Position numbers and translations under genes: made by a program. This document shows positions 26,341-40,399 of a stretch of 64,000 nt of DNA, piece by piece; within the stretch, counting starts at the first letter, position 1, and every line of letters begins with the position of its first letter. Below the pieces are notes generated by a model that did no database searches, was not told where the DNA came from, and saw nothing but the letters and a program-made list of their open reading frames with translations. The stretch is taken from the NCBI GenBank assembly GCA_030324005.1, contig JARDVH010000025.1, positions 72,807,137-72,871,136 of the forward strand, in the 5' to 3' direction. Source of the DNA: Negaprion brevirostris (Eukaryota).

Positions 26341-28002
26341 CCCAAAACATAACAATCGTATAAACTTCATAATTGTAACAGATTGTCAAAACCAGTAACT
26401 GTCTCTTTTTATTGAAATCCAACATATCAGGCTCATGGTCCTTTCCTCTGTGTCAAAGTCAGTCCAACAAGAGGATTGACCATTGTTGTCTAGTTATAAT
26501 GCAGGGTCTGTTCCCAAATTATTATTCTATTCTTCACCTTACAGATGCTGAGCAACTTTCTGGACATTTCTAGTATTTCTTATCTTTATTTCACATTTGC
26601 ATCACTTTCTTTATATTTCTTGAGTTAAATCTAAAAGTCTGAGGTGCAAAAAAGTGGCTCAAAACAAAAACTTTAGAACGGAATATAACCAGAATGAATT
26701 GACTCAGATTTCGAGGTAGTAATGAGGCAGGACTGCCAGCCCTCATCATTATTACTCCTCTGAAACTGACATCAATCTCTGGAGCCCATACATACACAAT
26801 AAATGAAAAATCCAGAAGTTGCCATTGAGGCTACCTTTGCTAATCAAGTGTTTTGCTCAAGTTCCTTCAACCATCCCCTCACCATCCCACCTGCCTGCTC
26901 ACTCCCAAAGTCTGCAATCAATTAGAAATCACTGAATTGATGAGAATCTACCTTTTGGGGCTATTAACCTTGGTATAAAAGTCCTTGAAAAAGTTACACC
27001 TTGCTGAATGAGGTTTAACTGAGTTTTTAATGACCTACTAAGTTGATATTTTCTGTGACCAGCCTCACTGGCCCTGAAAAACCCTAAAAACTTCTCCAAT
27101 ATGATAAAAAAGATTCCATATTTTTACTTTTTACAAGTATTTTATCTTCTACTTTCAATTCCGTGCAGATGGTCAAATCATGGTTTTGTCCTCTGTAAAA
27201 TTTAATTAGAAGTGGGGGGGGGTAAACAATGCATTTTACTTCTTGCTTTGCTGTCAGTAAGAATATTTTCTTTTACTCTGCTTGGTGACATCACTGTTGC
27301 TGGATACCTAGAGATCTCCTTGACTTGACACTAAATTATATCTAATCTTGGTAAAGGGGAAATCCACACCACTGAGATTGCCAGATCCTTGTGGGCAGCT
27401 CCCTTCCATGTTAGTGGTGATTATCATGATTTTACCGATGACTATGAAATTCCAGGCAACACGCCAGTAAAAAGCTGGGGTTTGAATGTTTGTGAATGTG
27501 CAACTGAAGGTCCAATGTAGCATTGGAGAGAGGATTGCAGAAAACCTGGAGACATGGAATAATTAAGCATCATTCATGCCATTTCCTCAGTTACAGTGGA
27601 TGACAGCCAGATCTCTTATGGAAGTCAGGTAGGAGAATTAAACAATAATGAATGATGGATAAAAATAGCTTGCATGTATAAATAGGATAATTTTGCAAAC
27701 CTCTGCTTCCAGTGTGGCGTTTGGCTCGATGGGATCAGGGTTCACAGAATCAACCCTTGCGTATTATAACCCTTCCTCTGAATGTACTTCTGCTTAGTCA
27801 GACTCCATGTCACATGTTCATTTTCAGGAAAATAACACCAAGTTGCCTAACAGAGGAGAAACAGGTGGCATGGAGTACCAGTAAAGTTAGGTAAAAAATC
27901 AAAAGCATGACTGAAAAAATAGTTTAAGGAAAATGTAGATATATAGAGAAATAGTAAGGTCAAGGGTTTTATGGATTATGCTGCAGAGAGCAGGGCTGAC
28001 AG

Positions 28003-28225
28003 TAGGGTTGCCAACTTTGGATGGATATATTCCTGGGTTTTCATCATCTGACCTCCAGCCTTTTCATTTTTCCAATTTTTTTCAGCTAAATTGTTTGAAA
28101 AAAAATAGCAAAAACAGAGTTTTCACTTGATGATTTTCCTCCAGTATTGCTCACAGCAGCGTCCAGGAGATTAGTGGCCAATTCCTGGTGCCTCCAAAAA
28201 AATTCCTGGGGGCTTGGCAACCCAG
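28003..28225. mobile_element. Putative hAT-type non-autonomous element
   Basis: Termini tagggttgccaac...cttggcaacccag form an inverted repeat resembling hAT TIRs; no convincing 8-bp TSD. Confidence 0.45.
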
Positions 28226-30107
28226 ACTGTGAAAGCTGAAATTTCTGTCTCTGATGATGAACCAGGGCTGTGGGGCAATGCACTGGAGATTAGAGTTAAA
28301 CCAAGCAGCAGTCATCAGAGGTATTTTGTCCCATTACTACCTCTGACACCTCCTCCAATCCAAAGCCCTAAATCGTTTCATTATAAGCAGTACAAAGACA
28401 AAAAGGTGAGTGAAACAGCTCCAAAATGGAAGTGGACAGACTGGAATGTGAAGGGCAGAAACTTGCAGAAAAAAGGAAAGGCAGTTAAAGAGTTGCTAAA
28501 ATTGGGGTTCATGTTAATAGGTTTTGAAGTGTGCAGCAGGAAGATAAGTAATTAGGATAGTTATCACACAAGTTATGCTTGTGGGAGCATGAGACAGAAC
28601 CACAACCTAATGCTGATTCTCCAGCCCGTGCTCCGAGTCCAGTTTTCTGTTAGCAGCACAGATTCAGTGAATTTATGCTAAGTTCCGGACATTTCTGCAG
28701 CTTAATTAAAGCATTTACATGCAGACTATCTGAAAAAAATTCTAACTTTGAATACTCCTGTATTGTCCGCAGGAATCCGTAAATAACATCTTTTTGAAAA
28801 CCCAGGTCAGATGTCGGTCACTTAAAATATTTTTCCCTCTCTTGGTTCCAGTACAACATAAATTACTTAGAACAACCCATAAGAACGAAAACATTTCAAG
28901 AGAACATACTCCACGGATGTAGCCTTGAACGTAACTCATGGATCTGTTTCTTAGGGGATGCCTTTAGACAGCATCTTTATATTCAAGCAGTGTATTCACA
29001 ATTGTGATTTAGCAAGAAGAAAACAAACGGGTTTCACACTGCAAGATGTGGGAGAGTTTTGCAAATCCATGCTGGGAGTACTCCAAACTCTGACACTGAT
29101 AAATTATATAGCTAGTTCAAGGCTTTGTGCGCAACTCACTGAAAGATATAATTTTCACTGTTGGTTCTCTCAACAATCACATCTAAGAAAATGCTATTCT
29201 TTCAGGTTTCACAATCTAGGAAGTTCAGTGGCCAATTAGATAAATATTTAGCATTTCATTATGTGAAAATGGCAAAGAACTTGTCCTAATTTTTTTTTAA
29301 AACATAGTTTATTACAGGAAGAGTCCTTTTGAGATCTTCTCCATTAGGTCATCCTTTATACTCTCCTTGTGCTTTTGATAAATTTTCGCACTTCACAGGG
29401 CTTGCTAAGCAAACTTTGCCAAACAAACGTGACTAGAACTTCAAGCAAAATTATGCATATGCAATGGGTTCTTTCACAATGTGTCCTTGGGCTGGCTCAT
29501 TGTGAGCGAGGCTAAACTTACTTTGGCATGAACAGCCTCCACAATGTGGCCTGTTCATTGAAACACGGATTAAATGGGCCACAAGGACAAGGCTGAAGCC
29601 ATATTCCTCTCCAGGCAACAAGAGAACGTATTTGTTTTATTTAAAAAATGTATTCTAATAAGATATATTTGCTGCTACCATTAGCAGCAGATTTCACAGG
29701 AAGCTATGCGAAAATCTGAGTGTGCAGGCTGCATTTTTCCTGCATGACGACCTAGAATAAAATGATCACTTTATACTACCTGTCACTAATTCTGCAACTG
29801 AGATTGAAGGGATATGAGTTGAACTGACCGTCCACCAGCCCTCTTGATGATATTCTCAAAAGGTGCTTTGAAATTTTGTTGGTCTCTAACAAGGGGATGA
29901 AGAGTGACATGCACTGTCTCCATGCATTGAGACACTTCAGTGGAGTCATCTCTCTGTAGGTTCATTCCAGAATCAATCATTAATTGTGACATTGACATCA
30001 GTGATCTTAAGAGCAGTTGAACATTGATTTGATAAGAAAATCAATTGCGATTTCGGATGTAAACACAGGAAGATTCAGATCTTCAAGTAATTGCAGACTG
30101 ATTGATA

Positions 30108-30385
30108 CAGAATAGAATCACTACAGTACAGGAGGCCATTCAGCCCAGCGGTTCCACACCAACTCTCCAATAGACTATCTTACCCAGGCCTACATGCTGC
30201 CCCATCCCATGATCCCACACATTTACCCCACTGATCCCCTTAACCTGCACATCGTGGAACACTAATGGGCAATTTGGCACGGGCAGTCCCCCTAACTTGC
30301 ACATCATTGGACTGTGCGAGAAAATTGGAGCACCCGGAGGAAGCCCACGCAGACAAGGGGAGAAGGTGCAACCTCCACAGAGGGA
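30108..30385 (-). mobile_element. HE1 SINE (CR1-like tail); head degraded or in the gap
   Basis: atagaatcactacagtacaggaggccattcagccc...ggagcacccggaggaagcccacgcagacaaggggagaaggtgcaacctccacag. Confidence 0.8.
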
Positions 30386-31410
30386 GTTTTCCTGTCCCAC
30401 CCACCACTNNNNNNNNNNNNNNNNNNNNNNNNNNNNNNNNNNNNNNNNNNNNNNNNNNNNNNNNNNNNNNNNNNNNNNNNNNNNNNNNNNNNNNNNNNNN
30501 NNNNNNNNNNNNNNNNNNNNNNNNNNNNNNNNNNNNNNNNNNNNNNNNNNNNNNNNNNNNNNNNNNNNNNNNNNNNNNNNNNNNNNNNNNNNNNNNNNNN
30601 NNNNNNNNNNNNNNNNNNNNNNNNNNNNNNNNNNNNNNNNNNNNNNNNNNNNNNNNNNNNNNNNNNNNNNNNNNNNNNNNNNNNNNNNNNNNNNNNNNNN
30701 NNNNNNNNNNNNNNNNNNNNNNNNNNNNNNNNNNNNNNNNNNNNNNNNNNNNNNNNNNNNNNNNNNNNNNNNNNNNNNNNNNNNNNNNNNNNNNNNNNNN
30801 NNNNNNNNNNNNNNNNNNNNNNNNNNNNNNNNNNNNNNNNNNNNNNNNNNNNNNNNNNNNNNNNNNNNNNNNNNNNNNNNNNNNNNNNNNNNNNNNNNNN
30901 NNNNNNNNNNNNNNNNNNNNNNNNNNNNNNNNNNNNNNNNNNNNNNNNNNNNNNNNNNNNNNNNNNNNNNNNNNNNNNNNNNNNNNNNNNNNNNNNNNNN
31001 NNNNNNNNNNNNNNNNNNNNNNNNNNNNNNNNNNNNNNNNNNNNNNNNNNNNNNNNNNNNNNNNNNNNNNNNNNNNNNNNNNNNNNNNNNNNNNNNNNNN
31101 NNNNNNNNNNNNNNNNNNNNNNNNNNNNNNNNNNNNNNNNNNNNNNNNNNNNNNNNNNNNNNNNNNNNNNNNNNNNNNNNNNNNNNNNNNNNNNNNNNNN
31201 NNNNNNNNNNNNNNNNNNGTCCTGTCTGTGACTATTGCAATATGACCATTGTTTGGTGTTTTGAGATTGGTTACTGATTAAAGAGCAACTGGCAGAGTTA
31301 GTAACAGTAAATAAACCATAAGTTACTTATAAAGAAGTTATGCTGCAATGAAAGGTGAAACTGAGGAGGTGATAGTTTCATTTGTGCACCATTATAAAGA
31401 TTTTGCATGG

Positions 31411-31760
31411 GTTGGCATGATGTCCCAGTGCCACCATAGTTAGTACAGCTGCCTCACAGCACCAGGGACCGGGGTTCAATTCCAGCCTTGGGTGACTGCT
31501 GGTATAGAGTTTGCTGTGCAGGGTGCTTTAGTTTTCCCCACAGTCCAAATGTGTGCAGGTTAGCTAGATTGGTTTTGGCATTAAATTGCCCCTTAGTGTC
31601 CCAAGATGTGTAGGTTAGGTGGGGTGAGCCATGGTAAATGTGTGGGATTACAGAGATAGAGAGGGGGAGAGGCCTGGGTAAAATACTCTGTCCGAGAGTT
31701 GGTGCAGACTTGATGGGCCATATGGCCTCTTCTGTACACTAAGGATTCAATGATGATTGA
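31411..31760 (+). mobile_element. HE1 SINE (CR1-like tail)
   Basis: gctgcctcacagcaccagggaccggggttcaattcc...ggtgcagacttgatgggccatatggcctcttctgtacactaaggattc. Confidence 0.8.
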
Positions 31761-32040
31761 CATCATGACATTCAAAAGGAACTAATCTGACTTACTGTGT
31801 TTGCTGATCAACCTCAGGAGTTCTGGAAGTNNNNNNNNNNTGAAGCTGAAAATCCAAGCAGCATTGGTAACAAGATCTACTTGCCCAAACTATGCTGCTG
31901 ACCTTTCCAAAGTTTGTAGGGTTGGGGAATTCCATTCCTTTGGCATATCACAGGCACACCAGGGGCAGATTAGATCCACCTGCATCACCTCCCCAAGGAA
32001 GCAGAATGCCCAGGTGAAGAGAGCAGGTCAAGGAATGTTG

Positions 32041-32385
32041 GGCAGCACGGTAGCACAGTGGTTAGCACTGCTGCTTCACAGCTCCAGGGACCTGTGTTCG
32101 ATTCCCGGCTTAGGTCCCTGGTTGTGTGNNNNNNNNNNNNNNNNNNNNNNNNNNNNNNNNNNNNNNNNNNNNNNNNNNNNNNNNNNNNNNNNNNNNNNNN
32201 NNNNCAAAGATGTGTGGGTTAGGTTGATTAGCCATACTAAAAATTGCCCCTTAGTGTCCTGAGGTTAGAGGGATTAATGGGTAAAGTGAGTAGGGATATG
32301 GCGGTCGGGCCTGGGAGGGATTGTGATCGGTGCAGACTCAAAGGGCCAAATGGCCTCTTTCTGCACTGTAAGGATTCTATGATTG
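32041..32385 (+). mobile_element. HE1 SINE (CR1-like tail)
   Basis: ggcagcacggtagcacagtggttagcactgctgcttcacagctccagggacctgtgttcgattccc...ggcctctttctgcactgtaaggattctatgatt. Confidence 0.85.
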
Positions 32386-33220
32386 TAGATGCCCTCTACT
32401 GTTTCCTTACTAAGATTGAACCATTTTTTTATTCTCATATTCAGAGGTTCAGTTTCAGTCTCAAACGGAATAATTCACAATGATGACTATAATGTCAGCC
32501 TCATTATCCATCACAAATGGTCAGATTATGGTGATATAGGCCTTGAGTTGTACTGTCAGCTATATTTTAGAGAGCAGATAGGCAAGTGGTGGGGATCCGT
32601 TTGCGGCTTATAGAACTCTAGGCATGATGACATAGAACTCAGAGGCATAGCCAAGCCTAAAATAGCAATGCATGACTTTGTGCCTCACAATGGCAACACA
32701 ACATTTTACCACTTTTCCACCGAATAGTTTACTTTGCTCACAGGGGAAATTAGGGATTGCCAATAAATGCTTGTCTGAGGTTGACACATTCCAAACAAAT
32801 AAATATCAGAAAGCTGGGATGGACTGCAACTGCAGACTGCCATGCCCATGAACCAGCTGGGTTTTACCTAGAGATTACAAACTAATTCAATTCCAGTAAC
32901 TTCTTCCAGGTTCACACCATCTGTAACCTCAAATGTGATAGCACGGTGCACAAGATTAGGCAGACACAAGTTGTTAGGAAGAGGGAGAATCATGGTAGCA
33001 GGCACTAGGATCAGAGACACATCATACTTCAGGTGATAAAACATGGCAGCACCTTAGTAGCAGCACCCAGAGAGTTTTGTTTATATGGTCCTGGAAGATA
33101 TACCTGTAAGTGAGAGAATTGTTATGGCTGACGAGTATAAAGACTGCTGTGTGAATAAAGCTGATGGTGACTTTTTCCCAAAGCAAGGGCTGTTGGTGAA
33201 AGCCATAAATGGAAATAAAT

Positions 33221-33315
33221 CCCACAACACCAGTTTAAAGTCCAACAAGTTTATTTGTAGCAAATGCCGCAAGCTTTAGGAACAGGCTGTCCCTTCGTCA
33301 GGTGGCTGGGAGAAA
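33221..33315 (-). mobile_element. Penelope-like arm with mutated hammerhead motif
   Basis: Minus strand GCCAC CUGACGA A GGGAC-AGCCU-GUUCC UAAA GC UU GCGGC (33266-33306); GAAA is mutated to UAAA. Confidence 0.65.
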
Positions 33316-33424
33316 ACCATGGTCAGGGTACTTATGAAGCCAGAAAACATATATGAGAGACAGTCATATAACTTCTTCAGGTATGATTCCTGACACTTTG
33401 GCCATAGCTGAACACATACTGGCA

Positions 33425-33591
33425 TATAGTTAGTATTGCTTCCTCACAGTGACCTGGATTCAGGTACCAGCTTAGGTCATTCAGTGTCTGTGTGGAGTTT
33501 GCATGCTCACCCCATGTCTCTGTGGGTTTCCTCTGGGTACTTTGGTTTCCTCCCACAGTCTGAAAGATGTGCTGGTTAGTGCATTCGTCAT
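33425..33591 (+). mobile_element. HE1/V-type SINE 5' part, running into a gap
   Basis: gtctgtgtggagtttgcatgctcaccccatgtctctgtgggtttcctctgggtactttggtttcctcccacagtctgaaagatgtgctggttag. Confidence 0.75.
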
Positions 33592-34874
33592 NNNNNNNNN
33601 NNNNNNNNNNNNNNNNNNNNNNNNNNNNNNNNNNNNNNNNNNNNNNNNNNNNNNNNNNNNNNNNNNNNNNNNNNNNNNNNNNNNNNNNNNNNNNNNNNNN
33701 NNNNNNNNNNNNNNNNNNNNNNNNNNNNNNNNNNNNNNNNNNNNNNNNNNNNNNNNNNNNNNNNNNNNNNNNNNNNNNNNNNNNNNNNNNNNNNNNNNNN
33801 NNNNNNNNNNNNNNNNNNNNNNNNNNNNNNNNNNNNNNNNNNNNNNNNNNNNNNNNNNNNNNNNNNNNNNNNNNNNNNNNNNNNNNNNNNNNNNNNNNNN
33901 NNNNNNNNNNNNNNNNNNNNNNNNNNNNNNNNNNNNNNNNNNNNNNNNNNNNNNNNNNNNNNNNNNNNNNNNNNNNNNNNNNNNNNNNNNNNNNNNNNNN
34001 NNNNNNNNNNNNNNNNNNNNNNNNNNNNNNNNNNNNNNNNNNNNNNNNNNNNNNNNNNNNNNNNNNNNNNNNNNNNNNNNNNNNNNNNNNNNNNNNNNNN
34101 NNNNNNNNNNNNNNNNNNNNNNNNNNNNNNNNNNNNNNNNNNNNNNNNNNNNNNNNNNNNNNNNNNNNNNNNNNNNNNNNNNNNNNNNNNNNNNNNNNNN
34201 NNNNNNNNNNNNNNNNNNNNNNNNNNNNNNNNNNNNNNNNNNNNNNNNNNNNNNNNNGTCCTCCCCATTATTTCAGGACTTTGTTTCTTGTAAATCAACT
34301 TAATCAAATCCTACTCTGTAACCCCCAGGGAAAAACCAAATTAAACTAAAATGCATTCATTCAGATTAAAACAGATTGGCACCAGGTAAGGCAGAACTGA
34401 ATTTTAAACATACGCCTCACAAGAAACATGATATAAATAGACTTCTTAAAGGCACAGTATCATCAAATACTGTTCTGATCGGTAGATTTATAAGATACTA
34501 TAATCTCTTTCACAAATTTAGGTGAGACATTTTTCACCGAGTTCTACACCTTGAAAAACACAGCAAAGCATTTTCCAGTAAGGCACTTCTGTCAATTTTG
34601 TAGCATTGAAAGTGGAACATTTCAGACAACATGAATATAGATAATCGTAAAGTTACCAAAGATAAAAGCATTGATGATTGACCCTATTTATATAAAGTAA
34701 ATAATGTTTACCCATCAAATTGACCAATTCCAGTCAGTAGTTTTCAAATTGGACTGTATAATATCAGTCATACATTTTTATCAATCATCATAAATCATTC
34801 AAAGCTCTGTTCAGTATTTTAAATGGGTCAATACCCTCACATAACGGGCAAACCCACTTCCTATAAATGCATTT

Positions 34875-35160
34875 GTTAGCACTGCTGCCTCATCGTGTCA
34901 GAGACCCAGGTTCGGTTCCTGGCTTGGATCACTGTGCGGAGTTTGTGCGTTCTCCCCTCGTCCATGTGAGTTCCCTTTGAGTGCTCCAGTTTCCTCCCAC
35001 AATCCATAAGACATGCTGGATAGGTGCATTGGCCATGCTAAATTTTCCCTCAGTGTACCTAAATAGGCACTGGAATGTGGCCACGGGGGGATTTTCATAG
35101 TAACTTCATTACAGGGTTAATGTAAGCCTACTTGTGAAACTAATAAATAGACTTAAACTT
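34875..35160 (+). mobile_element. HE1/V-type SINE, aataaataaacttt-tail variant
   Basis: gttagcactgctgcctc...ccctcagtgtacc...ggggattttcatagtaacttcatt...taataaatagacttaaactt. Confidence 0.8.
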
Positions 35161-35474
35161 ACAATGATTTGCTGACAATAAACAGGCAGAAACAATGGGT
35201 TTCAATTGCAGGTCTGCATACTTGGGAGATGATTTTAGTCAGCATTGCAAGTTCCTTGGTCCATTAATTTTAATGGACATATGCAGACCACTAAATTCTG
35301 TGCTTGGAAACTATATATGTTATATATAGCACCCTGAATACAAAATTCCATGTTAAGAGGATTCATTCATAAAGTCTTCACTATCATCTCCACTAGGTGC
35401 TTTCCTGAATGATTTAGACTGGGAACTTTACATTTAACAATTGCTGGTATGAACCTATCCTTTATTATCCCTTA

Positions 35475-36917
<1,443 letters not shown>

Positions 36918-37918
36918 TTATAATAGGGACTAAACAATCCTGACATTGCTAATAACATGGGGCCTTAACCAGTGGCAGTGGTGGTAATTATGTTGGAGAG
37001 ATCGCTATATTTCTTCGACAATGAACATGCTGAGGCCCTGATTCCGGCACAGCTATGTCACTGTGCAGGCTGACACAGAAACATGCTTTCAGATTCCCCA
37101 CATACAACTTTTTAAATTAGTTAAAGAAATGGGCTAAGGTCCAGCTAAGCTAGCAGACAGAAGAAATGTGAAACACAAAGCAATGCCTTTTGATACATTC
37201 CTTACTGACCTTACTGTATATTAGCCAGTCTCTGAAGGCGCTGCACAGAAATAAAGATTAAATAGTCTAAAGGTCAAGCAGAGTTAGAAGGTGGGATATA
37301 ATTGGATAATGCCAACAGACGATGGCAAAGATAAAGGCCAAAAGAGAGAAAATTGAGTAAGATAGGTTGGGTTTGAAGGAAAATATAGAGTGGGATTGGC
37401 GGCCACTAAGCAAAGTAGAGAAAGGCTCCAGCGAAGACGAGTGTTGGCGTCGATGAAGTAAAGGAGAGTAAGAGATCCATGAAGAAGAGACAATGGTAAA
37501 ACATTAGAAGATTCCTCAGTGAAGGGTGAAGCATGGTCAAAGGGTTAAAGAGTCTATCCTGTTCCTAAATTCAGAGCAGAGTCAGAGAGTCAGATTTTTG
37601 TGGTATTGCGGGGTTGAGGGGGACGGGGTTTGGCGAAGCAGCTACTAATACCAACTAAGCATTCAACAGGAGGGAGCCGGAAGTGGCAGCAGGAGCCACT
37701 TTGGCCGGGCTTACAGCAGAGCAGTGACTGGGAGAGTCCAGAACATCAAATTGGAAGAGGAGTGAGAAGAAGTTTTGACAATAACAAACTGGTATCACAG
37801 TTATTGCTCTAAAGTTTACAATTAAAAATGTCAAATTTTGAAAAAACTAGTCAAGTACTCTTATTGGAGAGCATTGTGGCTGAGGGGAAGCAGACGAGGA
37901 AGTGCTCTGTGGTACCAC

Positions 37919-38591
37919 TCTGTCTGAGGCCAGAACTCTCCATTCACCTGACGAAGAGGGTGACCCCTCGAAAGCTTGTGGGTTTATTATCAAANNNNNN
38001 NNNNNNNNNNNNNNNNNNNNNNNNNNNNNNNNNNNNNNNNNNNNNNNNNNNNNNNNNNNNNNNNNNNNNNNNNNNNNNNNNNNNNNNNNNNNNNNNNNNN
38101 NNNNNNNNNNNNNNNNNNNNNNNNNNNNNNNNNNNNNNNNNNNNNNNNNNNNNNNNNNNNNNNNNNNNNNNNNNNNNNNNNNNNNNNNNNNNNNNNNNNN
38201 NNNNNNNNNNNNNNNNNNNNNNNNNNNNNNNNNNNNNNNNNNNNNNNNNNNNNNNNNNNNNNNNNNNNNNNNNNNNNNNNNNNNNNNNNNNNNNNNNNNN
38301 NNNNNNNNNNNNNNNNNNNNNNNNNNNNNNNNNNNNNNNNNNNNNNNNNNNNNNNNNNNNNNNNNNNNNNNNNNNNNNNNNNNNNNNNNNNNNNNNNNNN
38401 NNNNNNNNNNNNNNNNNNNNNNNNNNNNNNNNNNNNNNNNNNNNNNNNNNNNNNNNNNNNNNNNNNNNNNNNNNNNNNGACCCCTCGAAAGCTTGTGGGT
38501 TTATTATCAAATAAATCGGTTGGACTAAAACCTGGAGTTGTCAGACTTTTTACTGTGTTTACCCCAGTCCAACGCCGGCATACCCACATCA
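37919..38591 (+). mobile_element. Penelope-like insertion with hammerhead motif and tail, spanning a gap
   Basis: Same arm and tail family (ends tactgtgtttaccccagtccaacgccggcatacccacatca); flanked by gtaccac at 37912-37918 and 38592-38598. Confidence 0.75.
37942..37983 (+). ncRNA. Minimal type I hammerhead ribozyme motif (intact core)
   Basis: AUUCAC CUGACGA A GAGGG-UGAC-CCCUC GAAA GC UU GUGGGU. Stem I is 6 bp (two G-U), stem II is a perfect 5 bp, palindromic AGCU. Confidence 0.7.
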
Positions 38592-38659
38592 GTACCACCT
38601 AGTGGCCAGAGCATGCAGGTGAAAGCCAGGCTTCTCACAAAACACAAAAAAACTCTCAA

Positions 38660-39135
38660 AAAAACGTAGTTATCCAATTAGTCCCACTTCCCTGATCTTT
38701 CCACAGAGCCCAGCATTTTTCTTCTTCTTCAAGTATTTATCCAATTGCTTTTTGAAAATTTCTGAACCTATTTCCCATCACGTCCCAAGCAGTGCATATG
38801 AGATCTTAACAAATCACCACTTAAATGTTTTTTGCTCATGCCAGCTATTTTTTTTGTCAATTACTTTAATCTGTGCCCTCTGGTCACTGATCCTTCCACC
38901 AGTGGAAACATTTCTCCTCATTCACTCTAACAAAACTCTTCTTGACCTGAATATCTCTGTCAAATCACTTCTTGATCGCCTCTGCCCTAAGGGCAACAAT
39001 CTCAGCTCCACTCATCTTGCTACATAACTGAAGTTTTTCATCCCTCTAAAGTCTTTCTACTAAATCTGTTCTAAGTCCTTGACTTCCGTCCGAAGGTGCG
39101 ATGCCTGTAATTGCGCACAATACTCCACTTCCTCT
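38660..39135 (-). mobile_element. Decayed CR1 3' fragment
   Basis: tcaagtatttatccaattgctttttgaaa...ctaagtccttgacttccgtccgaaggtgcgatgcctgtaattgcgcacaatactcc; the reverse strand gives an EYCAQL RT C-terminal motif. Confidence 0.6.
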
Positions 39136-40399
39136 TTCCTACCAAAAGGAATCAATTCCCCAGTGATGTGATATAGGATTAAGAATGAGTTAAGAAGGTA
39201 AGCTGTAAAATCCATAGATATACACAGGAGGGTCAATTGGCAAATCATGTGCTCCCAGCCTGTTTGAAAAAAGAACAGGCCAGAGAATTGGCACTATGGT
39301 GTGATTTCCAGCTGTACAGTTTTTAAGTGCAGCTAGGCTCAGGATCAGTGAACTTATCGTTGGATTCAAACCTGGATAAAGAAGATTCAACAGCCGGATG
39401 AACTTCTGCCCTCAGCAAAATAGAATATCTGACTCATTCGTAGGATTAGAACTGTGGCGGTTTTGAACAGTACAATGCTGGATTCCTGTAGGTTAACTTT
39501 GTTAGAAAAAATACCAAGCCAGCTGTTACACAAGACTTCCACACAGGTTCATAATAGGCTGGAAAATTGATAGTTCACCATCATTTCACAAATGTATTCA
39601 TTATTACGAACCTGGCAAGGCGCATCAAAAGTATTTAATTTTAAAGCACTATTTGTGCAATCTTCTAGTTTTGTTTTGCTTCAGATACGGTGTTCCATTC
39701 ATTTCCTAACACAGATACATAGAAAGGAGGAATTGCATATACATGTACAAAACAACACATAAATACACATCGGGAAAAATGCAAACATATTATACATACT
39801 CAAACAGATGCATAAGGATGAATGTACGAACATTCGGAGGAGAAAACACATACAAACAAATACAGAGGTGCAAAGCGATCAGATGATTCATCCGTCCAAA
39901 TCCAAGATTTGAAAGTTGCTGTATGTTATTCTATTTCTCATATCTTTTGTCCGTCAGTCATCAATGCAAGACTGCTGAGTTTGCCAAGGAAAACCTCCGA
40001 ACAGGGAAAAAATGAAATATTAATGGCATCTTTCTGAANNNNNNNNNNNNNNNNNNNNNNNNNNNNNNNNNNNNNNNNNNNNNNNNNNNNNNNNNNNNNN
40101 NNNNNNNNNNNNNNNNNNNNNNNNNNNNNNNNNNNNNNTTTCTGAATATGGTTTAAATCCAGGAACATGGAAAGATTGCAACAGAATTTTTATAGTGATT
40201 GGATGACTTTGGAACAATATTTCTGAATTCAATGTTCTTTAGTGCAGTCAAGACAAATGAGTGCAAGTCAGGAATTGAACGCATACCTGCGAGTTTGGTG
40301 AGTTGAGGTGTTTAAAGTATTATTCTTGTTCTTGAAAAATCTAGCCTGTAATTAGCAGTAGCTGGAAAACACTATGTAAGTAGATAAGTTTCTTTCTTC

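Noticed and set aside
30265-31277. Long ORFs spanning N runs (also at 12.1-13.1, 33.5-34.3, 37.8-38.6, 47.5-48.3 and 51.7-52.6 kb)
   Set aside because: Artefacts of translating assembly gaps.
32041-32115. tRNA gene-like sequences (also at 8155, 18575 and 45100)
   Set aside because: These are SINE heads with A/B boxes that continue into SINE bodies; there is no complete cloverleaf or terminator.
37280-37600. Possible old Penelope ORF fragment next to the 37.9-kb hammerhead element
   Set aside because: Only a vague compositional resemblance; no RT or GIY-YIG motif could be read.
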